A DNA stretch of 64,000 nt from Phoronis australis (taxonomy: Eukaryota; Animalia; Phoronida). Below the pieces are notes generated by a model that was given only the letters and a program-made list of their open reading frames with translations, searched no databases and was not told where the DNA came from. The stretch lies in NCBI GenBank assembly GCA_002633005.1, contig NMRA01000823.1, positions 1-64,000 of the forward strand. The letters are read 5' to 3'. Position numbers and translations under genes: made by a program. The first letter of the stretch is position 1. Every line of letters begins with the position of its first letter. Below are positions 50,387 to 64,000 of this stretch, one piece after another.

Positions 50387-53300
50387 CTAAAACAAAATAA
50401 AGAGAAGATTAGTAACAGTTAACCCCGACTGAAACCGGAAGTCGTTCTGCAGACGAAAAAGTCACGTGATATTATTTTATTGACAGCGGCGAAAGTGAGA
50501 CTTCACGGGAAAGCTACTTGGCACTCGTGTTGAATGAAATGATTGTAGGCAGGAGTATCAAGAGGGTTTGTAGTGAAACTGGTTTACCACACCCTCAATT
50601 TGAAAGCTATAGTATTACACTTCCATTCTTATTACCGCCTGGGACTTACTTTTTAAAATAGTAACGGAATTACAACTTAAAGCGTTCCTACAAAGTTTGA
50701 GAGGATTAATGAATTTTGTTGGCATGTATTGCCATAAAAGAAATGATAAACCATTTTAAACCGATGTTGGTATAACTTATCCATTTGCTAGTTGTCATAA
50801 CTGCCGTCCCAAGTTGCATTAACAGAACTTTGAATTTCCCAGTTAAAATGTAATGTTTGAATAAGAAACGGGTGCATTATTCATCCTATTACACAATTAT
50901 TGACTTTCATCGAAATCAAAGGCTGTTTTTCAGACCCCAAACATCTGATAATGACCGACACGCAGTCATAAACTAGAGTCTTGTGAAAAAATGAGACCCC
51001 GGAACCCAATCACCTTGTTCTCTGCAATACGACATCTAAAGGGATAAAATCGCGTTACCGTAACAGTAGTCAATGTGGATATACAGGTTTCTGTGGTCAA
51101 TACGGAGAAATATTGACTCCGAAAGAAAAGTTTATCATTTCATAATCTGTCGAACATATGACAACGCAATAGAATTCCGCACGAGTAATTTAAGATATGA
51201 TGAACATAACTTATGTAATAAACCGATGTCGTTTTTCAATCAAAGCGAGTGTGAAGGAGTGCCTCAAAGTCAGTTCGCCTCCCTTTTCCTTGCCTCCTCT
51301 ATAATATCACCTGAGTTTCCTTCAAGATAAATATTTGCCTTGTATTATGTAATATACTTATTCTCAATGTAAGGATGGGCCTACCCATTCTCATGAACTT
51401 CATTCGGAAGTTCATGCCATCCTGAACCAAATCCAATAAATAGGATGTCAGGGTAAACGAACATAGTAACAACAAACTATTTACGCTATAAAGCTGACCC
51501 GTTTTTTTCATAGCATCTAAACTTTTGATTTAATAAAGACAAAGACATTCCGATAATCCAACCTAAGTTGGCGCCGAACATGATATTTTTCAACTGTTAA
51601 AGATGGTGCCAATCATTGTCAAACACTCAGATGTTGACGGTGGGATATTTCAGACCATCCAACCACCTGGGTAGTGTCAGAAGTCAGTGGACCATGGAAC
51701 CCTTCATAACAGGACGCAGGCTCAATTGAAAACGAGTAAATGTTGATTTTTGTTAACGAGCGTCATAAATTTGCAAACGGAGCAAAGGCGACGCTCAGTT
51801 TCAAGAGACAATTAAGGAAGACTGCGCGAACGCACAGGTACAATAGCCTAGTACCATCCCGCCAAAACTACCATCAAGAGATCCGAGCAAATATACATGT
51901 ACCGGCATTTGCAGTGGAATTGTGGAAAACGGGAAGTGCAAGCTACAACTGATTCAGAGCTTGAAGTACTTCTTATGACAAACGCGAAGTGAGATCAAAG
52001 CAAACTTCCCACTGAAATTCACATGTGTCCCAAAGTATAGGCCACACCAATTTCATTCTGGGAAATACACGCGCGGTCTCACTTTAAAACACGAGGGGTT
52101 GAAATGCAAAAAGCAACCACGAGCGCAGTGAGTTGAGGAATGGAGGAGCAGATGCTCTGCCTACAATGGCATTCCCACTTACTTGCATTCTGCTGTGGAT
52201 TTAAAGTTCTGACGGACACGGCATAGGTGCCCGCTGTAACATCTACCTTCCTACGAGTCTGGTAGTGAGGATAACTGATTACATTGTATCGCATTATGTA
52301 CAAAAAATGTTATTCATATATTACAAGTAGCTGGGCGCTAGAATGTTCACCGTAGCACCACATGCCATGTTGACATGCGCACAGCACAGAGCACTGAGAA
52401 GAATCCGTGGTGATGACGACACATTGGTTAACCGTGCTGAGCCACTTGTCTAAATTAGAGACGAGAAGAGGGAGGAGTTAAAACAACAACGTCAAACTTG
52501 GTGAGTGCAGAGAAAACACAGTTTTCTCGTCGACACACTTGTTGACAGTCTGTTCAGCTGATGACCTTTGGCATGTGGAAGGGCTCTCCAGGTGGCACGT
52601 CACCACAGACCCACCGAAAGGTTGCATATGACAATGGGAACCGAATGATAAGATCACCGAACGGGACATACGAGGGTACACCTTGAGAACGTTAATGAGT
52701 GGGGCCAAAGTTTTGCACTATTGCCTTTATATTACGGACAAAAAAATGAAAACTGCTAAGAACCGGTCATCTGACAAATAATCCAAGTAATTGAAGAAGG
52801 TCTGACTAGTTGTAGGCCACTGTGCAGAATAAAACAAACGCATGAACCAACGTTAAGACTACCTCTGAAGTGACGGCAGATGTCCGTTTTCGTGGGATCC
52901 AAAATCAATTGCGTTTGTTGTCAAAACTTGTGATATTACAGTCACATGCAGTTTTTCCGGTATTTTCACATGTGGGTAACAGCTTCCCATTCCTATTGTT
53001 TCTTGGAAGCATAAGCATTGCTAATGACGTCATTTATGCAAAGAACGAGAAACAATGAGACGCGGAGATAACCACAAAAACGAAGTTCGTTTCAAGTTTA
53101 CTAGTTTGCATAATATTCTAAGCTTGTTGATGATCAAGATTGGGAAAGACCTTTATTATTACTGACCAAAAGATGGCGCTAGCGTCACATTTATATTTGG
53201 CGGCTTGTTTTTCTTTCTCAAAGTATTCAATTTCAGCCACTTAAACAGCGAAGGTGTTTGTGTGAAATGATACTCTGTTGTGACTGAAACGCAGATGACA

Positions 53301-53885
53301 ACCTAGTGTCCGTGTCAATTATAGAGAATGGTTGATAATCTACTGTCAAACTTGTGTTTCGTTCATGGAAAACTACTGTTCCGCCAGACACTTCATTGGA
53401 ATGCCCTCGATTGACTTACGCTCAGCAGCATTTTTTCAGAATTTATAATTTGTAAATAAAGCAATTATCCCCTTTGCTCTATCCCTCGTGTTTTTAGTGC
53501 AATGCATTTAGTGTTTAGTGATTTGGAGAACACTTCAAGGCAAGGCAACATTGCGTTGAAAGTATGCATCCTCTAACTTGAGTGTGAACGTGTCCGACTT
53601 ATGGATCTTTTAAGAAATCTAATGCACCGCCATTTTTGTAAGCTACTGTTTTGGTTCACGAGGTCGCGTATCTAGTCACCCATCATGTACCGAATGAAGT
53701 GTATGGATTGCTACTCCGCTAACTTTGTTTATTTGATTTTAATGTTTACAAATTTGGCTTGATATATTTAACGCTACGAGGCCATTAAACTAAAGAATTT
53801 CACGTTTTTAGGTGTACTTTCAATTTATTTATTAAAAAAATGAAGTTTTGTAGTGCATTTACCAGTCAAGTATTCGTTTACTTAC

Positions 53886-54178
53886 TCGTCTGCCAGCCTC
53901 GTTGTTGTGCAGGTTCATGAGCATGCGCGACAGTCCTCTCGAATGTCGCGGGTGATTTTTTTCTTGTTCACGTGCATCTATGAATGTCTTTGCGAACAGA
54001 TTTCCATAATCTATATTATCACCGCATCCACCCCATATCCAGTCATTGTTGAGCGTTTTAGGGCGCGACATTCTGCTGCATCCGCAGTTGCCTAAAATTC
54101 CTTCCCGGCATGCTCTGCTGATTGCATGCGTCACCCCTGCGGCAGATATCGCATGTGCGAACGCCACCTCTCGACTAG
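53886..54178 (-). CDS. Wnt5: Wnt-5, penultimate coding exon (293 nt)
   Basis: Acceptor tgttccag (phase 1), donor GTAAGT (phase 0). Reads [15 protein letters not shown]...[32 protein letters not shown]...[12 protein letters not shown] and joins the last exon in frame. Confidence 0.97.
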
Positions 54179-57100
54179 CTGGAACACAATAAATAAGAAT
54201 TATTAAAAACAAGAGAAGCAGCTAACGTCTGTACACGTATTTGCAAAAAAACATTCAAAGATGCTATAATTAATAACAGCGTGAATGTTAACTTTGCTCA
54301 GCTAAAATGAACTGCGCTGATCAGTACTTCAGGATTTTTTGCAGTGAATTTGCCCTATGTGACTGATTGCTTTCGACTACTCAGTGCCTGAAGGCGATAC
54401 AGCTAATATTTCCACACGTTTTCAAGATAATTTAACATGATGCCAGTCTGGTGAACGCTTGTAAAGGTGACGACAGATAAATCATTATCTTGCGCCATAA
54501 AACACAGGACCTCCAAAGAATTCATAAAAAATTCTGCAGTTTAGCGTCGTGTGTTGTCGAAAGCGCAAAACGGTGAAAATGTGAGGTTTGACCGATTCAT
54601 TGACCTTTGATTGAACCGGGGAGGGCGACCCTTGTGTTGATTTAGACTGGGCTGGCAGTGCGAAAATGGCCCGCGGGTAAAACTCGCTGCGAAAAAATGA
54701 CGGAGCGCGCAGACAACAAGCAACATTCTATTGACACTGTTGACACACTTCTAGATATGCAAATAAATCCTAGTTGAAGGCCGAGGTCTCGTCTGTCAAA
54801 CGCAGTCGTGGTATATACTATCAAGCATACCTTTTGTAGCGAATCTAAGGGTCCTGCCCCTAGTGACAAGAAACCCAAACTACTTCTTTCAAAGGAACGA
54901 ACGAAGCGTTGGTAAGAGTTTACAGAATGAATCCTCACATTTCCGTAATAATGCGCAAAAACAAGTTAATCTATGCTCTCGAAAGGGTTTGACAAACTGT
55001 GTCAGTGCACGCAGTCATTATATTTTGTTGACAAAGACTGACGGGACGTTGGCCATAAATTGGTGTAGACGCTGTCGGTTGGCCACCCTGCAATGTTCAT
55101 CACTCAGAAAGACTGAAATAGTACAATAAATGACCAATACTATAATTATGTTTACAACCAGAGGAGCGAAGTCTTTGACCGATTTGTCTCAGCCACACGA
55201 ATGCACCGGTTTTCACATCACTGGTTTCCGCACGCTTCTAGTTGCAATTAGCCAAGTGCCAAGACAATCGTTTACCGCTAATTTTGTTTATCCAGGCATT
55301 TGAGCCACTTTCGGCGAACACTTCCTCAGAACATACGGCGAGAGCTATATCACGATGCTACTATCGAACGGTTAATACAACAGTAGGTTTGTGAACACAT
55401 CCCATTTAAAACATTCCCTAGGATCAATTTCAGAAGCCTTCATACATGCAAGTTGACAATTTGACTCCAAACCATTCAAAATATGCCATTGAAATGTATG
55501 TCGTTCTATTTTTGTCTTGTGCAAATTGCTACAATCGTCTAGGTAAAAAATAAGCCGAACCTTCATTATGTTGTCTCCATCTGCGTTTCAACGAGTTCAA
55601 TTCTCTCATGAGCAGTCTGGTTTGTTTTTTCTTCGTCTTTTGATAATTGTAGCGGATCAACATTTAGTAACGCAGGGTGAACATTAGACGGAGATTAGTC
55701 AAAACAAAACACTCGCCAATAATGCATACATATACTTATACGTAATAATACGACTACATGTTTTGTTCTGACGTATGACTATATCTCGCGTCGATTTGCC
55801 CGATCTTGCGCCTTGCGAGTTCTTTGCGTTTACGGAGCGTACCCCTTGTACATGTACTGTACATGTACGTTAGAACGGAGATGGAGGATGGCTGATTGAT
55901 TACGACGGCCAGCGGAGACAGTAAGTTGACAGCACTGACACAGAAATAAAAAATTAAATATACTACACAGGTAGTACGCCGATAGAACAATATCCTGTAT
56001 TCGCGACGCCTGCCTGCTCTAGAGAAACGACCGGGCACGTGCTCGCGTGTATAACCACCGAACAATACGATTAACGCTACACGGGTTGATTCGATTAGAC
56101 GGATTGATTTTGAACCTTTGTGTGGATACCATTTACAAGGAAGCATGGTTGTGCGACAGCAAAACTACAAAACTGATGGCGTTTTCTCAGGTGTTTCTTA
56201 TAAATACTTATTCATACATTTAAACAATTAACTTCCGAATTGTAAAATAACATATTCCAGGTGCGTTTATTACCGTCTGGTTTGTTACCCCATGTTCTCG
56301 ATGATAAGTACAAGCAACTCAATAAAAAGGTTTGTTCACAAAGGCATTTGTCAAGAAGGTAATTTCATTGGGACAGTAGAATGTAAATTCATTTTGTGAG
56401 GTCTTCAATATTCTCGTTAAACGCGTAAAAACGCGCAATGCTATTGAGCCGCAAAGTGATTAACACCGTCAAGAATTCAATTTACTTTATTTCATAGCAG
56501 TTTTAAGACACTAAATCGACGGAAATAGCGAAGGCGCAAAGGCAACCTTAAAAGAAATTACGCACCATACCAACATTCTATCCGAGGTTACCTACAGCAT
56601 AAAATCACTAAAATCCCAAACTAATGTAACATTAAGGAAACTTTCCGACTTGCTTGATTGATGGCAAGTTTGTTTAACAAGCTCGTCGGTCCATTGCTCA
56701 GCACAAATCTGCTAAATGTCTTCAAGGGCCTGTTTGTTTACTGCATATTTCTGGCCTTGCTACTTGCATCAGTGGATGAAATCGGTTGGCGAAATTGTCA
56801 ACATCAGTGACATATGCATTACCAAGGATAAGTGGAAATAGAGGGCTTCACTACAGTAGTCAGATCAGTGTAGTCAAACAAATTAGAAACCTGTGAAAGT
56901 TTCAAATTCCATTAGTAAAGTCGTTTGCCAGGAAAGCAATTTATCCCGGCGTTCGTTTAACTTGTACAGTACGTGTATCTTACGTTGGCATCGAGACAAC
57001 CGCCCGTTTATGGAAGCCCTTGCCAATTTATAGACCCTATGGAAAAGTAACAGTTTCGATCACAAAAAATTCAAAATCTTTCAAAGATAATTACAAGAAA

Positions 57101-59851
57101 AACACGGCCAGTGTAATAATGCAAGTCATAACACCTACGTGTACTTCCGTCTGTCGAATGGACAGCGACACAAAATAGAATTCATGAAATTACGGTTTCC
57201 ATGAAAGAAAGTGGCAAGAACTATAGCTGGGAAGTGATCGGCAACCAAACTTTCCGATGAAATATTATGTAAACAGATTCAATGATTGATTAACCTTTGA
57301 TTCGTGTTTGGCAAAGTTCTGGCAAAGATTACAACTACCTGTTCACGCAAAAGCTATAGACTGTTGAGCGCGAATATCTGTGATTGTTGAACCTTGAAAT
57401 TGGACATTGGGTGGCCAACGCCGTGGTGTCGTGGAGTTGGTCGGCCAATCTAATGTTTTATACATGCGCGTCAGCGGAGCATAATCTATCATTGTTGCAA
57501 ATCGAGAAATCCAACCGAACCCCTGCACAAACCACCTACATGTACGCTACCGGAGGCATACGTTGTACAAATTTGTGTGAATCGTTGATTCCTGATTGAG
57601 AGTTATTGAGGAAACTCGGACCACACAAAAACTTCATGAGACGGCCTGGGGGAAAGTCCGTCGCAGGTGCCAAGGACACCGACACACTCTGCAGTAGTCT
57701 CCAATATTAAAGGGGCGTCAATAATAAAGAAATTAAATTTGCGCAGAGGTCGCGTCCAGCTGACAGCTGAAGAACTGATAGAGTTCACGTTAGCAGATGT
57801 TACTGGAATAATAATGTGTAACTGTAAGATATCATCGACAATCGGAAAGAAATGACAACGAGGTATGCGGAGCTACTGGCCAGTTACTGGAAGTAGCAAT
57901 CGACTGCTTAAACAAGAATTCTGAAAAAAGCGAAAATAAAACGAAATTCGAATCTTTAGAGCACTCATCTATCTCCAGACAACTTCGTGGGTTTCCACTC
58001 AAAATTGGAACGAAATACACTGCTGTCTCGTTTTCATTTTCAGAGGACGAAATGGGATTATTTCTCATTGCACCGGAATTGAAAACAGTTTAGAAATAAT
58101 TAAAGAACATACACTTGGATTTGGAAATAGTGAAAGTTAACGAAAGTTCGGAATGATATTTTGCTAATACTAGTGACAACCGTGGATCCTTTAAGCACCT
58201 GTTGTTTTGAAAACCGTTGGACGCGTCGGAGTCATGTTTCCGTCCCGGTATTTGCATTTTGCGGTACCGGTTTTAGACCAACTGAATATGTCGAAACCTT
58301 TTGAAATGATGGTGGAAACGAATGCTATACCCAAACTGAACCATCAAGGTCAGGAGTGTTTGGCAAATTAGAAAGTTATGAATCGGAACAGCATTTCGGT
58401 GCACTAAGAAGGCTCCCCCGATATAAAAGTCACGAGTTCTTGAGTCTCTTTTGCAATGTACTACGCTATGTGAATAGTTATTAATAGACATGTTGCGAAT
58501 TCGCCGGGTACGTTCTTGTCCAGTTATTCGGTGCAACGAATACTATAATTTGTTTTTCCAACAAACAAATGTTGTGAATAATGGCGATGTGGTTTCCCGC
58601 CATCCAATTGACTCGATCAATGCTGACAAAGAATATTACGGGGTGACTAAGCAACGTCATATTCCAAACAGTCATTTCTGTAAATTTCCCAACTTTATCA
58701 ACCATCACAACACTCCCAAATGGCATTAGTTCTTTTAAATAATAGCCAGTATGTAGGTGTACTTTGCACGACTGCGGTGGGCATATGCGTCTCACGCAAC
58801 GCTTCCGAGTGCGTTCCCTGGTTGACCCTCGATCTCCCAGCAGGTTCGCAGCACTTCCCATTGTGTCGGTTGGATAACTAAGGGCCATTTGAATAGTGCC
58901 TGATTATGAAAATTATTCAAGTCAGATGTTGCCGTGCTTTGAAGTTTTCGCTGCCTCTGGACATAGGCATCCCCACTTCCGGCTATGTTTCTACATCCTG
59001 GTTATATTTGTGAAAGTAAATATATTCTAAAAGTGAGCCCATTGTTGGTTTTAAAAACAGTGTCGAGGTACACGTGTTATAACACTTATTATGAGCATAT
59101 GTAAGAATACACGTGCTTTCAATTAGCTCACTGAAAAGTAATATCATTGTAATAAAACAAAAATATATAGATAGCGATCCGATGATTAGGTCTTACTACC
59201 GTAAGCATTCGTTATGACGAACGTTGGAAAACAATTCATTGGTGAGCAGATTTTCTTTCATAACGATAAAGGAGTAAAAGCGTACATCATGTTTTTAATT
59301 CTGAGGTGCTAACTCTCCTCTGACGTTGGGAAACATTCTTACGTTTCGATGACATCACTGGCTTTATTTTTTATTTTTTCACTTACAACCAATTTTAGAA
59401 ATGAACGAAGACACAGTGATTCCCGAAACCTGACTAAACTCAAACCAGTTGGCCAGGTTTTGATTCTTGGAATGAATAAAACACTTACAGACCGATTTGG
59501 CATTTAACAGCACGTTGGAGTGATTACACAAAACATGTAAATTGTTTGACGGATTGCAAACGGATTAAGTTAAACCATAACAAGTCTTTATATAATTAGC
59601 CAGGTCGGTAAACACACAAGTCAGGATTAAAATTTGCCAGGACTTAAATAAGATGAATTTACTGAAATGACATGCACGACAAAACTGACGCAGACATTTT
59701 AAAACTTATAAATATGTGTGCGCATAAAAAGCAAACTGCTTTAATTAAACAAGCGATTTTAATAAAAATTCAGGACGGTAAAACTAAATAAAACAAAACA
59801 AAAAGGAACATTTCCCCTGTTTATACATCCTCGTATCCCGAGCAATTTCTA

Positions 59852-60117
59852 CATGCGCTCACACAAGGGGTTCGGGGAGATCCGCCGAACGAGCCCCCCA
59901 TTTGGCGAAGTGGGCAAAAAAATCCGCCTCAGCGAAACAGAGACTCAAAAAAAGTATAAAACAAGACAAAAGTCCACTAAAAAGGCAGGAACTACCAAAA
60001 ATTCGGCGAATGCACAATTCATAGCTCTGAACGTATCCCGTGAATCTTCGTAAAAGCGAAGGTCCACACTATCTCAAAAATTCAAGCGCCCATTTCTTAC
60101 GGCTGGGTGCGCACATG
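59852..60117. mobile_element. Degenerate MITE, CATGCGCGCACCCAG family
   Basis: catgcgctcacacaag...ggctgggtgcgcacatg. Similar, inverted, to 61873-62123. TSD not preserved. Confidence 0.6.
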
Positions 60118-61505
60118 CAGTTGGCTCGTGGGAATGGATAATTCCAGGGAAAAATCACAAATTTAAAGGCTTATCGATGTGTTCCTTAGTTTCAATAAAT
60201 ATGTTCTACAAGAGTTGCCAATTTCACTTCATTTCTTACCAAAACCACTATTAGGTTTACCATTTTGACCTTCTGACCTCTAGTGTCGTTTGATCACATT
60301 TTTTGCTGCGCGTGCACAAGCTAGGTCAACAATTTCCTGGGGAGATGTTGTCGTAAACAGAGAAACAAAACAGTGACTGTTTACGTTTCACAAGCTCACG
60401 AATAACCCGCACTTTTCGGGTTTTAATATTAGGACGTAAGGAGTTATGCTTCGTGACAAGTAAGGTGAAGTAGCAAACGCAAACCAGGTGAAAAATATAT
60501 ATTGGTGGTCTTTAAAACCAGACGTCGCTTGATGCTTTTCGCCGACCATAGCCACAGTTTTGACTGCCCGCGACTGAAACAAGTGACTACAATTTATGTA
60601 GTGTTATCAACCGTTTCGTCCACATACATGACATTTTTTCACCGAGACTTCCAAACTGTTTCGCCATTATATTGATTACATAACAATTATATTGAATACA
60701 TAAGCTGCGACTTTCTTTTGAAGGCTTTTTTGACTGAAAACTCCTCTGTTAAAAATGAAAACGTCAACATTACTTAATAAAGGAAGATTAGACTTCTGGA
60801 AACTGAGCTATCGGACTAAAACGACTCGAGTTAAAAATAAGTCAATATGAATTCCAAAAGCGTTTTGTAGCTTATCACATAAATAAATGGAATTGTGACC
60901 ATACCCATGAATAAACACGATTTTTGGAAAATCGCGTGCCGTGAAAATAAATCATTCCGTTCATTGTCTCCGTGCATATAGAAAAATTTCACTAACGATC
61001 AAGAATTTAATACATGAATAGTTTCATCCGTCTATATTCAATTTTTAAAGGTTATTTAAAAAGACGTAATCCTTGGCAATGCACCGTCATTAACCTTAAG
61101 TTTTGGGTACTTTTTTAAATTTGGCTCATCAACAAGACAGCAAGTTTGAGACAAATCCCACCACAGTCATGAGACCTTTGTCATGTCAAAACTGCAAGGG
61201 TTCACTGGACTGTCTAATTAAGTTAATTTTAACGATTAATAAGCTCTATTAGTTCAACATGGCAATGCCAACAAACGCTATCATCACAAGATAATTCACA
61301 AATGCGTCTGCCGAAGAAATGTCAACGTAGTCAGGCTTCAAGTTAAACATTTACACATCATAAGAATCACAGATCGTCACTAATAATATTATCTCCATTG
61401 CGACAGGTCCAGTTTTTTGAAGGATCAACAACAAAATGGAAGGTGTCCCCATGGCTTGCTTGTTCCATGCGTTGTTACTTGGCGAACTATGTCTCAGTGT
61501 TTGAA

Positions 61506-61581
61506 CATGGGCGGCGAAGCACTGAAATAAGTGGGGGGCTATAGCCCCCCCCCACCAGCCCCCTATGGTGCTCCGCCAATG
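61506..61581. mobile_element. 76-bp MITE, CATGGGCGGCG family, 5-bp TSD TTGAA
   Basis: catgggcggcgaagc...ggtgctccgccaatg. ttgaa occurs at 61501-61505 and 61582-61586. Confidence 0.9.
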
Positions 61582-61872
61582 TTGAATGATCCCGGTAATC
61601 TGCAGTCATCATTATAACGCACGAAACAATAGCCAGGAAACCTTCGCCAAAGTTTCCAGTCATTTGTGTCATAATGACGTCCGAGTCGACTGACCGATTG
61701 AATTTAGGTGAATACACGGAGAATGTAAATGCATTGCAAGGAAGAAAATGTTAAGTATTTAGTGTGCTATCAGAAATGGTTTTCCAAAACAGCTATACGG
61801 CGAGATTTAAAGACGAGAAATAACAAACAAAAACGGAAGCCCCGCAAACATTTGTTCTTTCAGTGACATACG

Positions 61873-62123
61873 CATGCGCGCACCCAGCCTTCAATATGGG
61901 GGGCTCGAATCCCCGACGTTGTGGACCCTTTGCTAACAAAAGTGCGGGCGGAATAAAAAAAACGGAACCACCATTTTGAATTGCGCGCATTTGCGCTTAT
62001 TTACTGGACTTTTATCCAATTTTCTCGAACTTTTTGTCTCTCAGGGGCGGACCTTATGCCCTCTTCGCCAAATGGGGGGCTCATTCGAGCCCCCCGAGCC
62101 CCCCCCCCCTGGGTGCGCGCATG
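61873..62123. mobile_element. MITE with perfect 15-bp TIR and 5-bp TSD
   Basis: catgcgcgcacccag / ctgggtgcgcgcatg. Flanks atacg/gtacg (4 of 5 match). Confidence 0.85.
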
Positions 62124-64000
62124 GTACGAAACCACGTTACAGTTGCGTCAAGGAACATTGCGTCTAACAAACGAGTCCGTCTCTCTGGTGTCAGTTTTTA
62201 TACTAACCACAACCCGCCAAAATGTAATGAAAAATACGGATACCTTGACATAAATTGCTAGGATGTAAATTGTTTGGACGAGCGTTGACACCCAGATCAG
62301 TTCAAATTTATCAAATCGAGAATTTATTAGTGTGGATGGGTGTCATTTTGGAGCAAGGAATGGCATACAAACTCGCCACTTACCGGGTACAAAGAAGTGT
62401 CGATTGGATTACGAAAATAGCGTAGATTCTGAAGCATGCAGTCGCTGGTAACATAACAGAAAACATTACTTCACGAGGAAATGTGCAGATTTTCGCTAAC
62501 TTGTCACCGGGCAATAGCAGACTTAACTTGATACTCTACCCTACAACGTATCATAAAGTTAAAGAATTCTTGCTGTTCCGCCATTTAATTGATTTTGATT
62601 TTTTGATAATTTTTACGATTTTTCATTTAGCTTTGATTTTTTTCACTAACAAATTGATGTCATTGGCTGACGTGTGATACAAGTATACATTCTAATTATC
62701 TGAGAACACTTATAACACGATTGCAGTTAAAGAATGCAAGGGTTATGTAGGTTTATAAAATACCATTTTCGTTTGGATGTGTGACATTCAAACAATTGAG
62801 TTTAACCGTCTTGTTCGCCACACGGGCTTTCTGTAACTTTAAATGACCGTTAACACTTGAACAAGCTGTTTGCTCCGCCAGTGGAATCGCATCAATCAAC
62901 CTTAAATAACACCGGTGGACTTATATATTCTCATTAAGATTGGGGCACGCTTGTTTTAATGTCCTGCTAGCCAGGTTTTCAACATCAAAGACACTCACAA
63001 ATTGCACACTTTTCACTAGAAAAAATGTAGCACGAACTTTGACGGTCGGCGTGTATTTATTTGCTAGACCTACTGACCAAGATTGTTTGTGAGATTAGAC
63101 ATACACGCTCACATATCTAACAATTAACATGCCTAACCTTCCGTAACATGACAACAAGCGTTGGAGGATCTTCTTTGAAGACGAAAGATAACTTTGATCA
63201 CACCAACAAATTACAACAGACCAACAACTGTTGTGAAATAAGACGATTCTACAAGAAGCAAGATGGACGGGAGAATACCACGTTGTCCATAAATTGGTCT
63301 CCGTTATCAGCAGAAAGTGGCCCAGTCTCGCCCGCTGTGGGAGAAGGTGGTGGTTGATTTTGAGACAGGAAATCATTGCTTTATCCAAAGAGTACAAAGA
63401 ATGCGGACTGCTAAACGCCTGTCATGGCATCGCGATTTCGTGACGAGATAGCGTCCGTTCTGCACTGTCTTGAGAGTGACAATATGGCGCTCGGTGAGCT
63501 CCGGTTCACTAATTTATTTCACCAGGTGCGGACTATCCTTTGCGCAAAGGCATTATAGAACTGTTTGCCGACTATTCTGTCACAAGTTTCTCAACACAAG
63601 AATGACTAGATGATCTATGTAAGTTCTATCCCCCGTCAGCTTTGCCTAGTTTTCAGAATTATGTTTGCGAGTGTCGACGTCAGTTTAAATAGCCCTACTG
63701 ACCAGGATTCTTGACTAAACATTTCAACGTTAGATAAATTGCTATAAGATTAACAGATGTATATACAGCCGACTGGAAATCTTGAAGAACATTTTCGTCA
63801 ACAGAAGCAAGTGAAACAGCCGAGCCTAAGGTCGAACTCGTACTGTAAACGAATCTACAAACGCGTCATCGGGCATGTCGCCGTTATAGCTGTAGATGGA
63901 CAATCGAGTTCAATACTCATGAATTCGTGATTAATTTTCGTTCGAAATCTTAAACCGACAAGTTTAGCAGTCGTAGAAATAATTTAGAATTTCATTAAAA

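Noticed and set aside
50900-63200. TCF/LEF-like CTTTGWW sites in Wnt5 introns suggesting autoregulation
   Set aside because: About a dozen were seen, roughly what base composition predicts for this length.
63095-63397. Possible Wnt5 signal-peptide exon
   Set aside because: No convincing signal peptide or Wnt motif in any minus frame, and the expected intervening RWNC exon is absent between it and 54178.

Overview
This is AT-rich, intron-containing animal genomic DNA, probably from a marine invertebrate; the species cannot be determined from the window. Host genes are an intact ecdysteroid kinase-like (EcKL/DUF227) gene with two coding exons on + (20133-20283 joined to 22574-23727, 434 aa), the last two coding exons of Wnt5 on - (53886-54178 and 49925-50386; upstream exons were not found), and a single-exon RING/B-box/coiled-coil/NHL TRIM pseudogene (40779-42703). 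Much of the rest is decayed transposons. A 6.3-kb hAT element (25690-31969) still carries a readable transposase remnant. It contains a Harbinger-like and an ISL2EU-like element, each with a MITE inserted in it. About a dozen GC-rich MITEs, most with 5-bp target-site duplications (TSDs), are scattered across the window. There are also Academ-like RecQ and transposase remnants, Kolobok-like TTAA elements, a DIRS/Ngaro reverse transcriptase fragment, a PIF1-like helicase remnant and an unclassified 2.4-kb terminal-inverted-repeat (TIR) element with a 16-bp motif array. A diverged paralogous segment near 37 kb preserves the empty sites of two insertions and a TATA/first-exon module. I found no prokaryotic-type system and no true CRISPR array. 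All alignments and translations were done by eye, without database searches.
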